A program made the translations under genes and the position numbers. The notes beneath the pieces are model-generated. The model was not told the DNA's origin. It worked only from the letters and a program-made list of their open reading frames with translations, and ran no database searches. Of a stretch of DNA of 64,000 nucleotides, positions 45,032-55,340 are shown one piece after another. This DNA is from Ascoidea asiatica JCM 7603 (lineage: Eukaryota; Fungi; Ascomycota): assembly GCA_001600695.1 (NCBI GenBank), contig BCKQ01000005.1, positions 717,543 through 781,542 on the forward strand, given 5' to 3'. Position 1 is the first letter of the stretch. Every line of letters begins with the position of its first letter.

Positions 45032-45103
45032 AAGTTTATAATTTATAGATTTACGGATTTATCAAAAAGTCAAAAATTAATGAACATAATATTTATTAAA
45101 AAA

Positions 45104-46849
45104 TCATTTAGTTAAGTGTAACAATTCTCTCTCGCACCAATTTATACATATCTTTAATTGCTTTTCAGTTATTCCAAAGTTTATGATTAAATTATTGATT
45201 AAAACACTTTCAATTTTATCTAAATCAATTAAAGATAAATCACTTGAGTTACTAGAATTAACCAAAGAGTTTACAAGAAATGCATATGCAGCACCTACAT
45301 TTTTTATTGAGTTTACATTTTCATCGGTATCTTTGATTTCCGAATCATTGATTTTTTCCAAATCGTCATTAGAATTTTCATTATTATCATCTAAATCATA
45401 ATAATTGAAAATATCAAATAATCTTTTTTCAGAAATAGGAATTTGGTCTTGGTTAGCTGAATCTTTATTTTTTATGAAAGATGAATGAAACCAATCGAGA
45501 TATTTGGTTATTTTATAATCATCCCAATCTATTATATCATTAATACTAAAATTTGATGACAATAATGAGCCTAATAATGTTTCAAAATATTGTTCCTCAT
45601 TTATATCCTTTTCAACATTTAACCTTTCAATAGTTCGAATCCAATGATCCCACCTGTAAAAATATCTGTTATTATTTATGGAAGACATTTGATCATGATG
45701 TTCTTTTAAGATCGATGAAGATTTGTTACTTTTATTGGTTTCATCAGTTTTTAATTTTAAGATTGAAAAGTATAATTTTGTAATGACTATTATAATAGAA
45801 ATTAATTTAATTTCAGGAAACTTTATAAGGAATACATCAATGGAATTTCTTTTATTTTTACTACTGTTAATGTTATTATCATTTGAATTATTTATAGATA
45901 AATCAAAACTAATATTTCTTAATTGTATAAATCTTTGAACAGAAATAAAAATCTCCGGTGGTAAAACTAATTCTTTTATGACTTTAAATAATAAAGGTTC
46001 ATAATTAATCTTGAATTTATCTTTGATCTTAGTAAAATGAATAAAATTTTCTCCCATTTTATCAATCACTTTTCTTACATGAAAGTAAAAATCTCCTTTT
46101 AATGGTGGACGCATAGGTTCAAATATAGGAGAATAATGATTTGCTAACCTTTGCTTATATTTTGATGGAATCAAAAATGATACCTTCATATAAGGTATTT
46201 TATTAGTAGAACACCATCGAATGAAATCTATAGAATATATTGGATATTGCAAATACAAACAAGCCAAATAACATAATACTATAGAATGAATTAATGGAAT
46301 TCTATAATTGAAAACTTTTTTTCCATTTACATTTTTACTTTTCATATATTCTCCATCAGTATTTATAGTTACATCAGTCTCATAGCTTTTTTCTGTATCA
46401 TTTTCTTGAGTATCAGAACCAGCATAATTATTACCTTCTTCTCCACTTTTGAAATCATAATTAGAAACCAAATAAATGGTCCAAAGTTCTTTTACAGTGT
46501 CTTCAAAAATAACTGGAAGACCTTTTTCTTTAATTAACCAATGTACCTGGGCCTTTAAAACACATTGATAGCATTTTAAGAATAATTGCCTTCCTTGAGA
46601 TCCATACAATTTGCTATCCTGAGAAGCATGAAATGAACTCTGTTGAGAAAAGGATTTGGTGGTTGAATTAGGAAGTCTTAATCTTCTGGTCGGAGCAAAA
46701 TTTGCTTGATCGTCATCATCATTAACTTCAACATCACCATCCATAACATGGCCAAACTGGCAAACTCTTCTTCCATCAAAAGCCCTCCATAATCTTGAAC
46801 CACAATTGTCTGTTCCACAAATTGGTCCTCTGGTCCAGACTCTGCTCAT
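45104..46849 (-). CDS. RRN7: RNA Pol I core factor subunit (TFIIB-like)
   Basis: ATG 46849; zinc ribbon RGPICGTDNC.SRLW...DGRR.CQFGHV. Confidence 0.93.
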   Translation of the reverse strand: MSRVWTRGPICGTDNCGSRLWRAFDGRRVCQFGHVMDGDVEVNDDDDQANFAPTRRLRLPNSTTKSFSQQSSFHASQDSKLYGSQGRQLFLKCYQCVLKAQVHWLIKEKGLPVIFEDTVKELWTIYLVSNYDFKSGEEGNNYAGSDTQENDTEKSYETDVTINTDGEYMKSKNVNGKKVFNYRIPLIHSIVLCYLACLYLQYPIYSIDFIRWCSTNKIPYMKVSFLIPSKYKQRLANHYSPIFEPMRPPLKGDFYFHVRKVIDKMGENFIHFTKIKDKFKINYEPLLFKVIKELVLPPEIFISVQRFIQLRNISFDLSINNSNDNNINSSKNKRNSIDVFLIKFPEIKLISIIIVITKLYFSILKLKTDETNKSNKSSSILKEHHDQMSSINNNRYFYRWDHWIRTIERLNVEKDINEEQYFETLLGSLLSSNFSINDIIDWDDYKITKYLDWFHSSFIKNKDSANQDQIPISEKRLFDIFNYYDLDDNNENSNDDLEKINDSEIKDTDENVNSIKNVGAAYAFLVNSLVNSSNSSDLSLIDLDKIESVLINNLIINFGITEKQLKICINWCERELLHLTK

Positions 46850-47019
46850 TACGAAGATCAAGCCATTTAATTTTATCACTTTTCAAAACAACAAACTCAG
46901 ATTACAAAAACAAGCTCTTAAGTAAAAAATGTTTCTGAAAACTCTCAAGAATTGTCGTCATTTCGAGACACAAAGAAGGAAAAGAGGATTATTTATTTAA
47001 AAATAAATGAGTTATAGAA

Positions 47020-47029
47020 GTCACGTGAC
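47020..47029. promoter_or_regulatory. Perfect palindromic Cbf1/Tye7 site GTCACGTGAC in the divergent RRN7/SWS2 promoter
   Basis: Exact 10-bp palindrome. Confidence 0.65.
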
Positions 47030-47225
47030 ACGTTTAACGCTGAAACCCATTATCTTAACATTTACATTACTCGGAAATATTGAAAAATCAAACCCCAAGA
47101 GTAATTAAAATGATGAAAATGATAAATATTTGACGATTAGTTTATAAACTTTTGGCCTTTTCATTGAAGAAAATCATTTGATATTACAAGTCCACTAATT
47201 TTGAAACTCAATAGAAAAAATTGAA

Positions 47226-47755
47226 ATGGTCGTGCATATTTTAGGTAAAGCTATATCTGGGGAACTTCCTGTAAATGTAAGTTTCATTTTTGTTCAATAT
47301 TGAAAAATTTTGAGTGATTATATTTATTTATCTAAATACTAATTCGAATTTAAATTTCAATACAGTTTGCATTAAGTAAGAAAATATATGGATTATGCAA
47401 ATACGACGTGGAAAGAATATGTTCAAAACTTGGGCTTTACCCAAAAATGAGAATGCATCAGTTAACTGAGCAGCATGTTATGTTAATTACAAAAGAATTA
47501 TCTGATTTAGAAATTGAAGGTGCCAAATTGGCAGCCATTAGAGCAAATATATCATTCAAAAAGAAGATAAACTCATATGCTGGTGTAAGACACGCACTTA
47601 GATTACCTGTTCGTGGACAAGGAACTAGAAATAATGCCAAAACTGCCAAGAAATTAAACAGAATTAATAGAAGATGTATGTCGACAATGTCTACTATATC
47701 TACTAATTTTCAACAGTCCCCATCAATATTTAATATTATTTTTGGATTTGATTGA
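47226..47755 (+). CDS. SWS2: Mitochondrial ribosomal protein uS13m, 2 exons: 47226-47276, 47366-47755
   Basis: MVVHILGK...[36 protein letters not shown]; intron GTAAGT..TACTAAT..CAG. Confidence 0.95.
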
Positions 47756-47882
47756 ATTAAAAGGGTTTTGTTATAAGCATTAAACCTTATGTATAAATAT
47801 CCTTTTTACTGCTGTATATATTGAATTAAATCTTGCCAGTATATTAGATAAACTTATATATAATAAAAATAATATCTATTTA

Positions 47883-50033
47883 CTATTTAAAATTTCTTTT
47901 CTTTTTTTTGGTAGCTTTAGAGTCCTCAAACCATGTACGTTTAGGTCTTGATTTTATCTCCTTTTTGTATTTAAGTAAATTTTCTCCTCTTTGAAGATCT
48001 CTTTCTGCTTGAAGAATTTCCTTTTCTTCTTTTTCTTCTACTAGAATTTCACTGATAGTTTCTTCTTTATCCACAATAACTTTATTTATCTTTTGAACCT
48101 TAGTCCAATCAACATTTCTAGTTAGTGCTTGATTTCCAGCGTCATCTGCTACATTCTTACTTTCCTGTTTCTTTTTCTTTGCTTTTTTAGTTGCAATTGA
48201 TCTATCTTCAATTCCCTTAATAGCTTCTTTTACAACTGAACGATCATTTGAGCTTTCCCCTACAAAAGAAATAGATCTTCCCTCACGACCTGCTCTTGCA
48301 GTTCTACCAACTCTATGAATATATATTTCATAACTTTTTGGCATATCATAATTTATAACATATTCAATTTTTGGAATATCAATACCTCTTGCTGCAACAT
48401 CAGTACATATTAATGTTGGAATTACTAATTTTTTGAAATCAGTAACATTTTTTATACGTTGTTCTTGACTTAACGAACCATGTAATTCAGAAACTTTCAT
48501 ACCAAGTAATCCAAGAATTATTCTTAATTTATGTGCAGTTTCTTTTCTAGCAACAAAAACTGCAATTCTATTTAATTGTTTAGGATCAATGTCTTTAAGA
48601 ACATTGAAAAGAATAGCGGGCTTTAAAATTTCTCTATTTCTAATTCGAACAAATTCTTGAACTAATTTTGAAGAAGCTTGCTTTGGAGGATTAATCATAA
48701 TTCTAACAGGTTTCCTTAATGATAACTGAATCAAATCCTTAATTTTTGAATTCATCGTAGCAGAAAATAAAAGTGTTTGTCTTTTAGATGGTAATAAAGA
48801 TAAAATTTCTGTAAGTTCATTTTGAAATCCTTCTTCTAACATTCTATCTGCTTCATCAACAATTAAAATTTCCACATTATCAACATTGAAAGATGAGGAA
48901 TTTCTTATATGATCAATTATTCTACCAGGTGTTGCTATAACTATATCTGGTCTTTTTCGAAGTTCTTGTTCTTGTTGTCTAAGGTTTAAACCACCAACTG
49001 CTAATCCAAATGTTAATGAACTAGTAAAACGAGTAAGTTTATTACCAACATCAGCAACTTGAATTGCTAATTCTCTAGTAGGAGCTAAAACTACAACTCG
49101 AGTCATTGGAATTCTTGAATTTTTAAATAATAATCTTTCGATAACAGGAATAAGATATGCAGCAGTTTTACCTGAACCGGTTACAGCACCTGCAACAATA
49201 TCTTTACCCATTAATGCTATAGGTATTGCAGCAGATTGAATAGGAGTAGGAGAACCATATCCTAATGCAGATATTCCCTTCAACAAAGGACGTGATAAAG
49301 ACAATGAATTGAAGTCCTTATGAGCTTGGTTTTGAGTTATTGAAGTTTCCTCCTCTGCTGCAAAAAATTTGGCAACTTCTTCTGGAGAATCTTCATCAAC
49401 CTTTATGGTTGAAACTTTTCCTAAACTTTCAAATCCTTTTGTAACATTTTTGTCCTGTTCTTTTGAATCAGTCTTGTCTTCATCTTCTATATCACTTTCT
49501 TTTTCTTCATCATCCTCAGACTCACCACTGTCTTCATTACTATCATTGCTTTCATCACGATCAGATTCTTCTTTAATAAGTTCATCTTTTTTAACCGTAG
49601 CTTTTTTATTCTCAGTTTCGTCAACATCATCATTTATTAAATTGTTCATTAGCCCACCTTTTTGCCTTATAATTCTATCTAAATCAACTTCTTTTTTCTG
49701 AATTCCATTTTTATTATTACTTAAAGTTGGATCAAAATCCCATCCTTCCAAATCTTTTGACAAATGATCATCAAAATCTAGATTAAATAAGAAATCTGGA
49801 TTTAAATCTTTTTTTGAATCTTTATCATCTTCCTCTTTGGGAATCTCCAATTTTATCTTATTTTGTTTCTCTATTTTTTCTATTTTTTCTTTTTTATCTT
49901 TTTTGCCTTCTTTGTCTTTTTTATCTTTTTTGTTACTTTTTGAGTTCACTTTACCACCTTTTACCTTTTTCACAGAAGGAGTAATTAACTGACGAAGTTC
50001 ATCAGCATAGTCATCCAATTCACTATCCGACAT
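47883..50033 (-). CDS. DRS1: DEAD-box RNA helicase (60S biogenesis)
   Basis: [47 protein letters not shown]. Confidence 0.97.
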   Translation of the reverse strand: MSDSELDDYADELRQLITPSVKKVKGGKVNSKSNKKDKKDKEGKKDKKEKIEKIEKQNKIKLEIPKEEDDKDSKKDLNPDFLFNLDFDDHLSKDLEGWDFDPTLSNNKNGIQKKEVDLDRIIRQKGGLMNNLINDDVDETENKKATVKKDELIKEESDRDESNDSNEDSGESEDDEEKESDIEDEDKTDSKEQDKNVTKGFESLGKVSTIKVDEDSPEEVAKFFAAEEETSITQNQAHKDFNSLSLSRPLLKGISALGYGSPTPIQSAAIPIALMGKDIVAGAVTGSGKTAAYLIPVIERLLFKNSRIPMTRVVVLAPTRELAIQVADVGNKLTRFTSSLTFGLAVGGLNLRQQEQELRKRPDIVIATPGRIIDHIRNSSSFNVDNVEILIVDEADRMLEEGFQNELTEILSLLPSKRQTLLFSATMNSKIKDLIQLSLRKPVRIMINPPKQASSKLVQEFVRIRNREILKPAILFNVLKDIDPKQLNRIAVFVARKETAHKLRIILGLLGMKVSELHGSLSQEQRIKNVTDFKKLVIPTLICTDVAARGIDIPKIEYVINYDMPKSYEIYIHRVGRTARAGREGRSISFVGESSNDRSVVKEAIKGIEDRSIATKKAKKKKQESKNVADDAGNQALTRNVDWTKVQKINKVIVDKEETISEILVEEKEEKEILQAERDLQRGENLLKYKKEIKSRPKRTWFEDSKATKKKKRNFK

Positions 50034-50419
50034 TTTTATTCAATTGTCAATATTCAATAAAAGAACTTATTCACTTTTATTTTTAATTAAAACACTTTAG
50101 CCTTTTCACCTTTACACTTTTTTTCAAAATAAATTTATCAACTTAAAAAAAATTTTATTTGATTGAATGAATTCAAAGAACCGGGTCCACAGAATTTAAG
50201 TTCAGGCATGGATGAAAAATAGAAAAATGAAGTGCTGCGGAACATTTGAGATTAAGATTGAATAAAGAAAGTAAACAAGATTTAACAATAATAGTAACTA
50301 TTTTAAAGGTATTTTAAAGTTATTTCCAATTTATTTCAAAAGTATTTTAAATTAATAATTCATTATATTCTTTCATATTATTTACATTAAAAGATTCAAA
50401 TCCGTAAAAAGTTAAAAGA

Positions 50420-50722
50420 ATGAGTCAAGATGAAGAAGTAAATCAAATACCAATACCTACATTGGCTAGACTTTTTCAAACACTCAATTTTAATCCAGAA
50501 AATAATATAAAAATCTCAAAATCAACATTATTATTAACATCAGAATATCTTAAAATATTTACAACTGAAGCAATTTTACGAGCAAATGAGAATCGTCAAA
50601 ACCGAAAAGAATTAAATTCAATAAGTAGTAATATTATGAACAATTCTGAAAAGACTAATGAGGATACAATAGATATACAAGATTTAGAAGCAATTGCTGG
50701 ACTATTAGTTTTAGATTTTTAA
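50420..50722 (+). CDS. MHF2: CENP-X/Mhf2 histone-fold protein
   Basis: IP..TLARL, YLKIF..EAILRA, DLEAIAGLLVLDF C-terminus. Confidence 0.9.
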   Translation: MSQDEEVNQIPIPTLARLFQTLNFNPENNIKISKSTLLLTSEYLKIFTTEAILRANENRQNRKELNSISSNIMNNSEKTNEDTIDIQDLEAIAGLLVLDF

Positions 50723-50784
50723 AATTTTAAGATTAATTAATAAAAAGAATTGTTAAAGAGAAAAAAATAAGAAAATATTTAATC

Positions 50785-52794
50785 TTATATAAAAAATTGA
50801 GAGTTTTCAATTTGAGTTTTAATCATAGGTTTGTATTTTTTTTCCATCCAATCCTTATTAAGATTATCTGAAGTAGTTATAAATAAATTTTCTGGATGAT
50901 TATCATTCAATTGATTATATAATTCATCTAATAATTTAATTTCAAACTTACATAAAGATCTTAATCCATCCATATTCGATATATTATTAGATAAATCTAA
51001 AAGATTAATTAACTTAGCTTTTCTAGATTTACAAAAAATTGTTTTAATAAAAGAAATAAAAATTTTAAAATCATTTTCATCATTTTCAAAGTAATTAGAA
51101 ATATCATGTAAATTATTTATATCCAGATAACTTTCATCATCAATATTTTCATTTTTAATATTAATATCAACAGCTAATTGATCAATTAACATTATATCAT
51201 CATTTTTTTCACAATTATCTAAAATTTTTGAAAATTCTTCCCAAGATATAAATGAATCTTTATTATTATTGATATTATCATTATTAATTTTTTTTAAATG
51301 GTTATCATAATAAACCTTTTTCCAATTTTTATTATATTTGTATTTAATTAAATTATTAAAAAGATAGAAAATGTCATTATCTAGAAAATTAGTTATATTG
51401 TTATTGTTATTGTTACTTTCTAAAATATTATTAGAGAAAATATTAATTTTGAATTTATTATTTGGTATGATTATAAATTGTAAATTTGGTAAAATTGAAA
51501 GCCATTTACAAATTGAAGAAAATTCTTTCAATTCAAAAGGTAAATTTGAATTTAAATTTAAAGTTAAATTTGAATCATCGATTGAATTTGAAATATTTGA
51601 TAACGAAATTTCATACAAATTTTCAGTAATATTATCATTTGAATCTATTGGTAAAAACCCATAATTATTGAAAAAATCGGATAAATCTTGAATTGGAGAA
51701 TAAGATATAAAAATTTGAAAACAACTTGTTAAATTATTTACTAAAATATTTTTATTTAGTATTAATAAAATATCATTAGTTTTTCTATCAATATCAAAAT
51801 ATGAATTAAGCAAAAAATTATTATTTGAATGATTAACAAAATCTAAAATTGGTACTAAAGTTATATCAATTTTAAAATCATCTGAAGAAGTTTTATTATT
51901 ATTAGATGAAATTTCATTTGGAATTTCTAAACTTCTTGATTTCAAAGCAGAAATAATTTGATGAAATTGATTTAAAGATAAAAAATTTTCAAAGGTTAAA
52001 TTATTTTTAAAACTTTCTTCTAAGAAATTATTACTAAATATTGAAGTTTTTACTTCATTATAAAGATTATAACGATCATTTAAAATATTATTAATATTAT
52101 ATTGGATTTTTTTATAATTATTAAAGGAATTATAAATTTTATTTAAAAAATCCACATTTTTATTTTTACTTTGATTTTTTTCTATGATATTATCAAGAGT
52201 ATTAATTTTTGTATTCAAAAGTATTAATAAATAAGTATTATAAATAATAAAAGGTTGATTATTTAAATAATTTAAAATCAAATTAGAGTTTGACTCTGAA
52301 TTACTTTCTAGGTCTAAACTTTTAATAAAATTTATAATAAAATTTCTGTAATTTAATAAGAAAACTAAACCAATTAAAATTTTTTTTAAAATTTCAAATT
52401 CACTTAATTCATTTGAACTTAAAGATAACAAATTATTAATAATTTTACTCTCTTTAATTAATTTAATATTATTTGAAATTAAAAACTTCTTATTAAAATT
52501 ATTAAATAAATCCTGATTAAAATTCGAATTTTCATATAATTTTTGTTCATTTAAACTTTTCAAAAAAGAATTTAAGGATATTGTGGAACTTTTTGAGATT
52601 TTCAATAATACAATGTTGCTATCAATATTATTATTATTGATATTATTTTTATAGTAATATAAACCTAACCCATTTTCTGGAGAATATTTAAGTTTAAGAT
52701 TTTCATTAATATATACATTTTGGGATTTAATAAATTGAGTTAATTGGTTTGAATTAGAGAGTCCAGGTATTTTAGTATCAGAATCTACAAACAT
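50785..52794 (-). CDS. CTM1: SET-domain lysine methyltransferase, Ctm1-like (cytochrome c methyltransferase)
   Basis: G.GLYY, SRSLEIP, TLVPILDFVNH, N.YFDIDR, IFISYSP, YGFLP. Confidence 0.75.
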   Translation of the reverse strand: MFVDSDTKIPGLSNSNQLTQFIKSQNVYINENLKLKYSPENGLGLYYYKNNINNNNIDSNIVLLKISKSSTISLNSFLKSLNEQKLYENSNFNQDLFNNFNKKFLISNNIKLIKESKIINNLLSLSSNELSEFEILKKILIGLVFLLNYRNFIINFIKSLDLESNSESNSNLILNYLNNQPFIIYNTYLLILLNTKINTLDNIIEKNQSKNKNVDFLNKIYNSFNNYKKIQYNINNILNDRYNLYNEVKTSIFSNNFLEESFKNNLTFENFLSLNQFHQIISALKSRSLEIPNEISSNNNKTSSDDFKIDITLVPILDFVNHSNNNFLLNSYFDIDRKTNDILLILNKNILVNNLTSCFQIFISYSPIQDLSDFFNNYGFLPIDSNDNITENLYEISLSNISNSIDDSNLTLNLNSNLPFELKEFSSICKWLSILPNLQFIIIPNNKFKINIFSNNILESNNNNNNITNFLDNDIFYLFNNLIKYKYNKNWKKVYYDNHLKKINNDNINNNKDSFISWEEFSKILDNCEKNDDIMLIDQLAVDINIKNENIDDESYLDINNLHDISNYFENDENDFKIFISFIKTIFCKSRKAKLINLLDLSNNISNMDGLRSLCKFEIKLLDELYNQLNDNHPENLFITTSDNLNKDWMEKKYKPMIKTQIENSQFFI

Positions 52795-53027
52795 TTCTGA
52801 TTAATTTGATTGTATTATTTATTAATTCTATTATTTATTTATTAATTCGATTAATTATTGAATAATTTATTGAATAGTTTTTTATTAAGTAATTTATATT
52901 TTCAGCACTAATTTTGAGTAATATTTTAATTTCATTGGACGAATAAAAAGAAGACCCATTGAAGTGGATTCTTAAAAGAAGAAACCATAAACGCGGTACT
53001 TCTTAGTTTTAGTTTTAGTAAGGTTAA

Positions 53028-53522
53028 TCAAGAAATATTAATCCAAAATATTGATAAAATATAGCTATTATTATTATTATTATTAAAATTTGAGATTTTA
53101 ATATTTAAATAACCATCATTTTTATTATCCCAAATTGAACCAAAAGAATTTTTAATTACATTATTATCTTTTTTACTGTTATTATTATCATTATGATTAG
53201 AATCAATTGAAGAAGATAAATTATTTTGAATTAAATTAAATTGAATTAAAAATTTATAATTAATTGCATATTCAGATAATTTATCTAATAATTGATCAAT
53301 TAAATCATTAGAAAATGAATCTTTTGAAGTATCTAAACTATTAAAAAGCTTTTTTAATTAAAAATAATAATTAGTTAATTGAATTCTAGAAAATCTAAAT
53401 ACTTTCATTATACTTTATAATAAGTAACTGCTTACATTATTCACCAACAGAAGAAGTTTCTCTTTAGGAATGGGACATGAATCTGGATTTACTTCCTGAG
53501 ATAAAAGAGACATTGACGCCAT
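53028..53522 (-). CDS. TDA2: Tctex-1-type dynein light chain Tda2, 2 exons: 53522-53436, 53348-53028 (135 aa)
   Basis: Not in the ORF track. The spliced product reads ...CPIPKEKL..L.NN/LF...YKFLIQ...SFGSIWDNKNDGY...LSIFWI. Intron GTAAGC..AACTAAT..AAG. Divergent from VTC1 as in S. cerevisiae. Confidence 0.88.
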
Positions 53523-53785
53523 GATTATTGAAGTGTCACTTGCTGCAATTTTTCTATTGTTCTTTGTTATTATTGCCACTTGACATATTTGTGATTCTTG
53601 GTTAATTTACTAATTTATCTGATGCAGGAGAAGAAACAGAGACAAACACAAACAATGGAAACAGTGACAGCCATTGGATCCATACCGCTGGTCTTATGGT
53701 TTTGGCACCTGAGCACCATAATTCTGGCTTTTCCTACAGTCCTGTATTCTCATGCTACATAGTGTATCCGGAAGTGGCCTCTTAC

Positions 53786-53791
53786 CACGTG
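53786..53791. promoter_or_regulatory. Pho4-type E-box CACGTG upstream of VTC1
   Basis: CCACGTGT in a GC-rich promoter block; VTC genes are PHO-regulon members. Confidence 0.55.
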
Positions 53792-54342
53792 TCTTTACTT
53801 TTCACTGGGATTGGAAAAACACTCGCCACAACGCCATCGCGGCGAGTGTGTCGAGAGCCTCGAGCGCCGGCGCTGAGCCAGTCAGTAGGGCCTGCACGCA
53901 GAAGAAGGAACCTTAATCAGTCTCAGACCCCAGCAGGAGCACCCTTAAACAGCACCAGCAGCCTTTTTAGCTGGTGTAGTACAAACTTAACACTCTTTTT
54001 CACTTCACTTCCATCAATAGACTATTTTTTGACTGAATATTTTTTTTTTTTTTTTTTTTGTTCTCGAAATATAAAACAGATTGAAAATATCGGATTTAAC
54101 TAATCTCGATTTTTATTTCAATTTCAATCCATCTTAATTTCATTCTCAGTTATTTTAATTCTATAATTAACCATATCATAAAATATATACATATTCATCA
54201 CTCGTTCATATTCTATCATATTCACTTTGCTTAATTTCGTATCTAATAAAGTTTGCCAATAACAATAATAATAATAATAATAGTAAAAATAATATTCAAA
54301 AGAAAAACATTCTATATCAATAATATAATAAATCTCAAAAAT

Positions 54343-54717
54343 ATGTCTTCAGCTCCCTTATTACAAACAACTCCAGGTAAAAGAATAGCAATTCCAACAA
54401 GAATAGAACCAAAAGTATTTTTTGCAAATGAAAGAACTTTTTTAAGTTGGTTAAATTTTACTGTAATCTTAGGTTCTTTAGCAATAGGTTTATTAAATTT
54501 TGGTGATAAAATTGGTAGAATTAGTGCTGCTTTATTTACTTTAGTTGCAATGTTTACAATGATTTATGCTTTAATTACTTATCATTGGAGAGCTGCTGCC
54601 ATAAGAAAAAGAGGTTCCGGTCCTTATGATGATAGATTTGGTCCAACAATGCTTTGTTTTTTTTTATTAACCGCTGTAGTAATTAATTTTATATTAAGAC
54701 TAAGAGCTACCTCTTAA
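54343..54717 (+). CDS. VTC1: Vacuolar transporter chaperone subunit (polyphosphate synthesis)
   Basis: ATG 54343; [34 protein letters not shown], 3 TM helices, GPYDDRFGP. Confidence 0.98.
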   Translation: MSSAPLLQTTPGKRIAIPTRIEPKVFFANERTFLSWLNFTVILGSLAIGLLNFGDKIGRISAALFTLVAMFTMIYALITYHWRAAAIRKRGSGPYDDRFGPTMLCFFLLTAVVINFILRLRATS

Positions 54718-54780
54718 TTCAATAAATACTCTCAACCTCATATAATATACTATATATATTAATAATAACATAATATAATA

Positions 54781-54812
54781 TAACATAATAACATAATAAC
54801 ATAATAACATAA
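54781..54812. repeat. 8-bp tandem repeat (TAACATAA)x4 immediately upstream of the PPT2 ATG
   Basis: Four exact copies plus degenerate flanking copies. Confidence 0.85.
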
Positions 54813-54819
54813 TAATATA

Positions 54820-55287
54820 ATGAATAATCCTCATCAAATATTGGGAATTGGTGTAGATATTATAAAAACTACTCGTTTTAAAGATATTATATTGAAATAT
54901 AATTCTGATAATAACTACACTTATCTAAAAAAATTATCAAAAAGAATTTTAAATCAAGATAATAGTAATGAATATTTGAACTTTCAAAATTTATTAAATA
55001 ACTACAATAATAATAAACAACAAAATAATGAAACTTATTTAAATAAATTATCAAATTATTTATCGAGTTCTTGGTCTTCAAAAGAAGCTTTATTCAAAAC
55101 CTTAGATATAAAAGATCAAAAAAATTTTAATTTTAAAAATTGGTTCAAATTTAATAATATTGATGGCAAACCATTTATAAATAATTCAGATTATTCAAAT
55201 CTAAATAAAAATGAAATTTTTTTATTATCTACAAGTCATGATGGTCAATTTTTAGTTTCAACAGTTTTAAGAGTTAAATTTATTTAA
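54820..55287 (+). CDS. PPT2: Mitochondrial AcpS-type phosphopantetheinyl transferase
   Basis: GIGVDII, W..KEALFK, GKP, S.SHDG. Confidence 0.92.
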   Translation: MNNPHQILGIGVDIIKTTRFKDIILKYNSDNNYTYLKKLSKRILNQDNSNEYLNFQNLLNNYNNNKQQNNETYLNKLSNYLSSSWSSKEALFKTLDIKDQKNFNFKNWFKFNNIDGKPFINNSDYSNLNKNEIFLLSTSHDGQFLVSTVLRVKFI

Positions 55288-55340
55288 TATATTGTATTAT
55301 ACATATTATATATATATTGCTATATTTACTATTATTCTAT

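Noticed and set aside
53696-54103. 135-aa ORF between TDA2 and VTC1
   Set aside because: Lies in a GC-rich divergent promoter and runs through a poly-T tract; no protein-like signal.
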